The notes beneath the pieces are model-generated. The model had not been told where the DNA came from, searched no databases, and worked only from the letters and a program-made list of their open reading frames with translations. The position numbers were made by a program, and so were the translations under genes. A stretch of 63,924 nucleotides of DNA, counting the filler, from Octopus bimaculoides (taxonomy: Eukaryota), in the NCBI RefSeq assembly GCF_001194135.2. It is 6 parts of 6 records of this genome, joined end to end, with 100 filler letters (N's around TTAATTAATTAA, not from the genome) between each part and the next. Parts side by side here need not be neighbours in the genome. Positions count along the whole stretch, not along the records: positions 61,562 to 63,924 come from NC_069006.1; 5 more parts are not named here. One strand, 5' to 3'. Shown here in pieces: positions 63,660 through 63,924 of the stretch. The number at the start of each line of letters is the position of its first letter. Position 1 is the first letter of the stretch.

Positions 63660-63660
<1 letters not shown>
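63195..63660 (-). mobile_element. Two complete SINE family B copies in tandem separated by (AAT)n
   Basis: Each has a CTACTATAGGCACAAGGCCTGAAAT tail and a CTGCCAGC head. Confidence 0.9.
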
Positions 63661-63692
<32 letters not shown>

Positions 63693-63924
63693 TTCTTGTT
63701 TGGTTTAAAAAAATATAAAAAATTTAAAAAAAGAAAAGGAAGAACCACTCTAATGAGACTAACTTGTTTTTATTGTTTTGTGTCTACAGATCATTCATTC
63801 AAGTCATTCTTTCATAAAGCTTGTCTAATGGGGGAGGGGATGGGGGGAGATAGAGAGTAATAAATGAATAAATAGATAGACAGATAGATAGATAGATAAA
63901 ATTTGATTACATAGATGTATTTAC

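Overview
AT-rich, microsatellite-saturated animal genomic DNA from a draft assembly with many N gaps. The SINE families and repeat landscape look like Octopus (O. bimaculoides-like); this is recognition, not a database result. No host protein-coding gene can be confidently called. The window reads as intergenic DNA or one or more long introns. It is filled with tRNA-derived SINEs (labelled A-D here), three distinct R4/Dong-type LINE remnants, Penelope-like remnants, a Helitron helicase 3' fragment, Tc1/mariner and hAT remnants or MITEs, and simple repeats. Nearly all ORFs in the supplied track are artefacts of gaps or microsatellites. The most interesting observations are: (1) two minimal hammerhead-ribozyme folds in Penelope-like ends (18987-19023 minus, 43893-43938 plus), each with a core variant; (2) a near-ideal AG|GTAAGT recursive-splice-like site on the minus strand at 1678/1679; (3) SINE-B arrays joined at the same position of the SINE head at three separate loci; (4) a ~0.5 kb local duplication with an identity gradient around an identical 45-nt exon-like core; (5) a few unverified exon candidates. 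Repeat boundaries are approximate (about 10-30 bp) unless a terminal motif is quoted.
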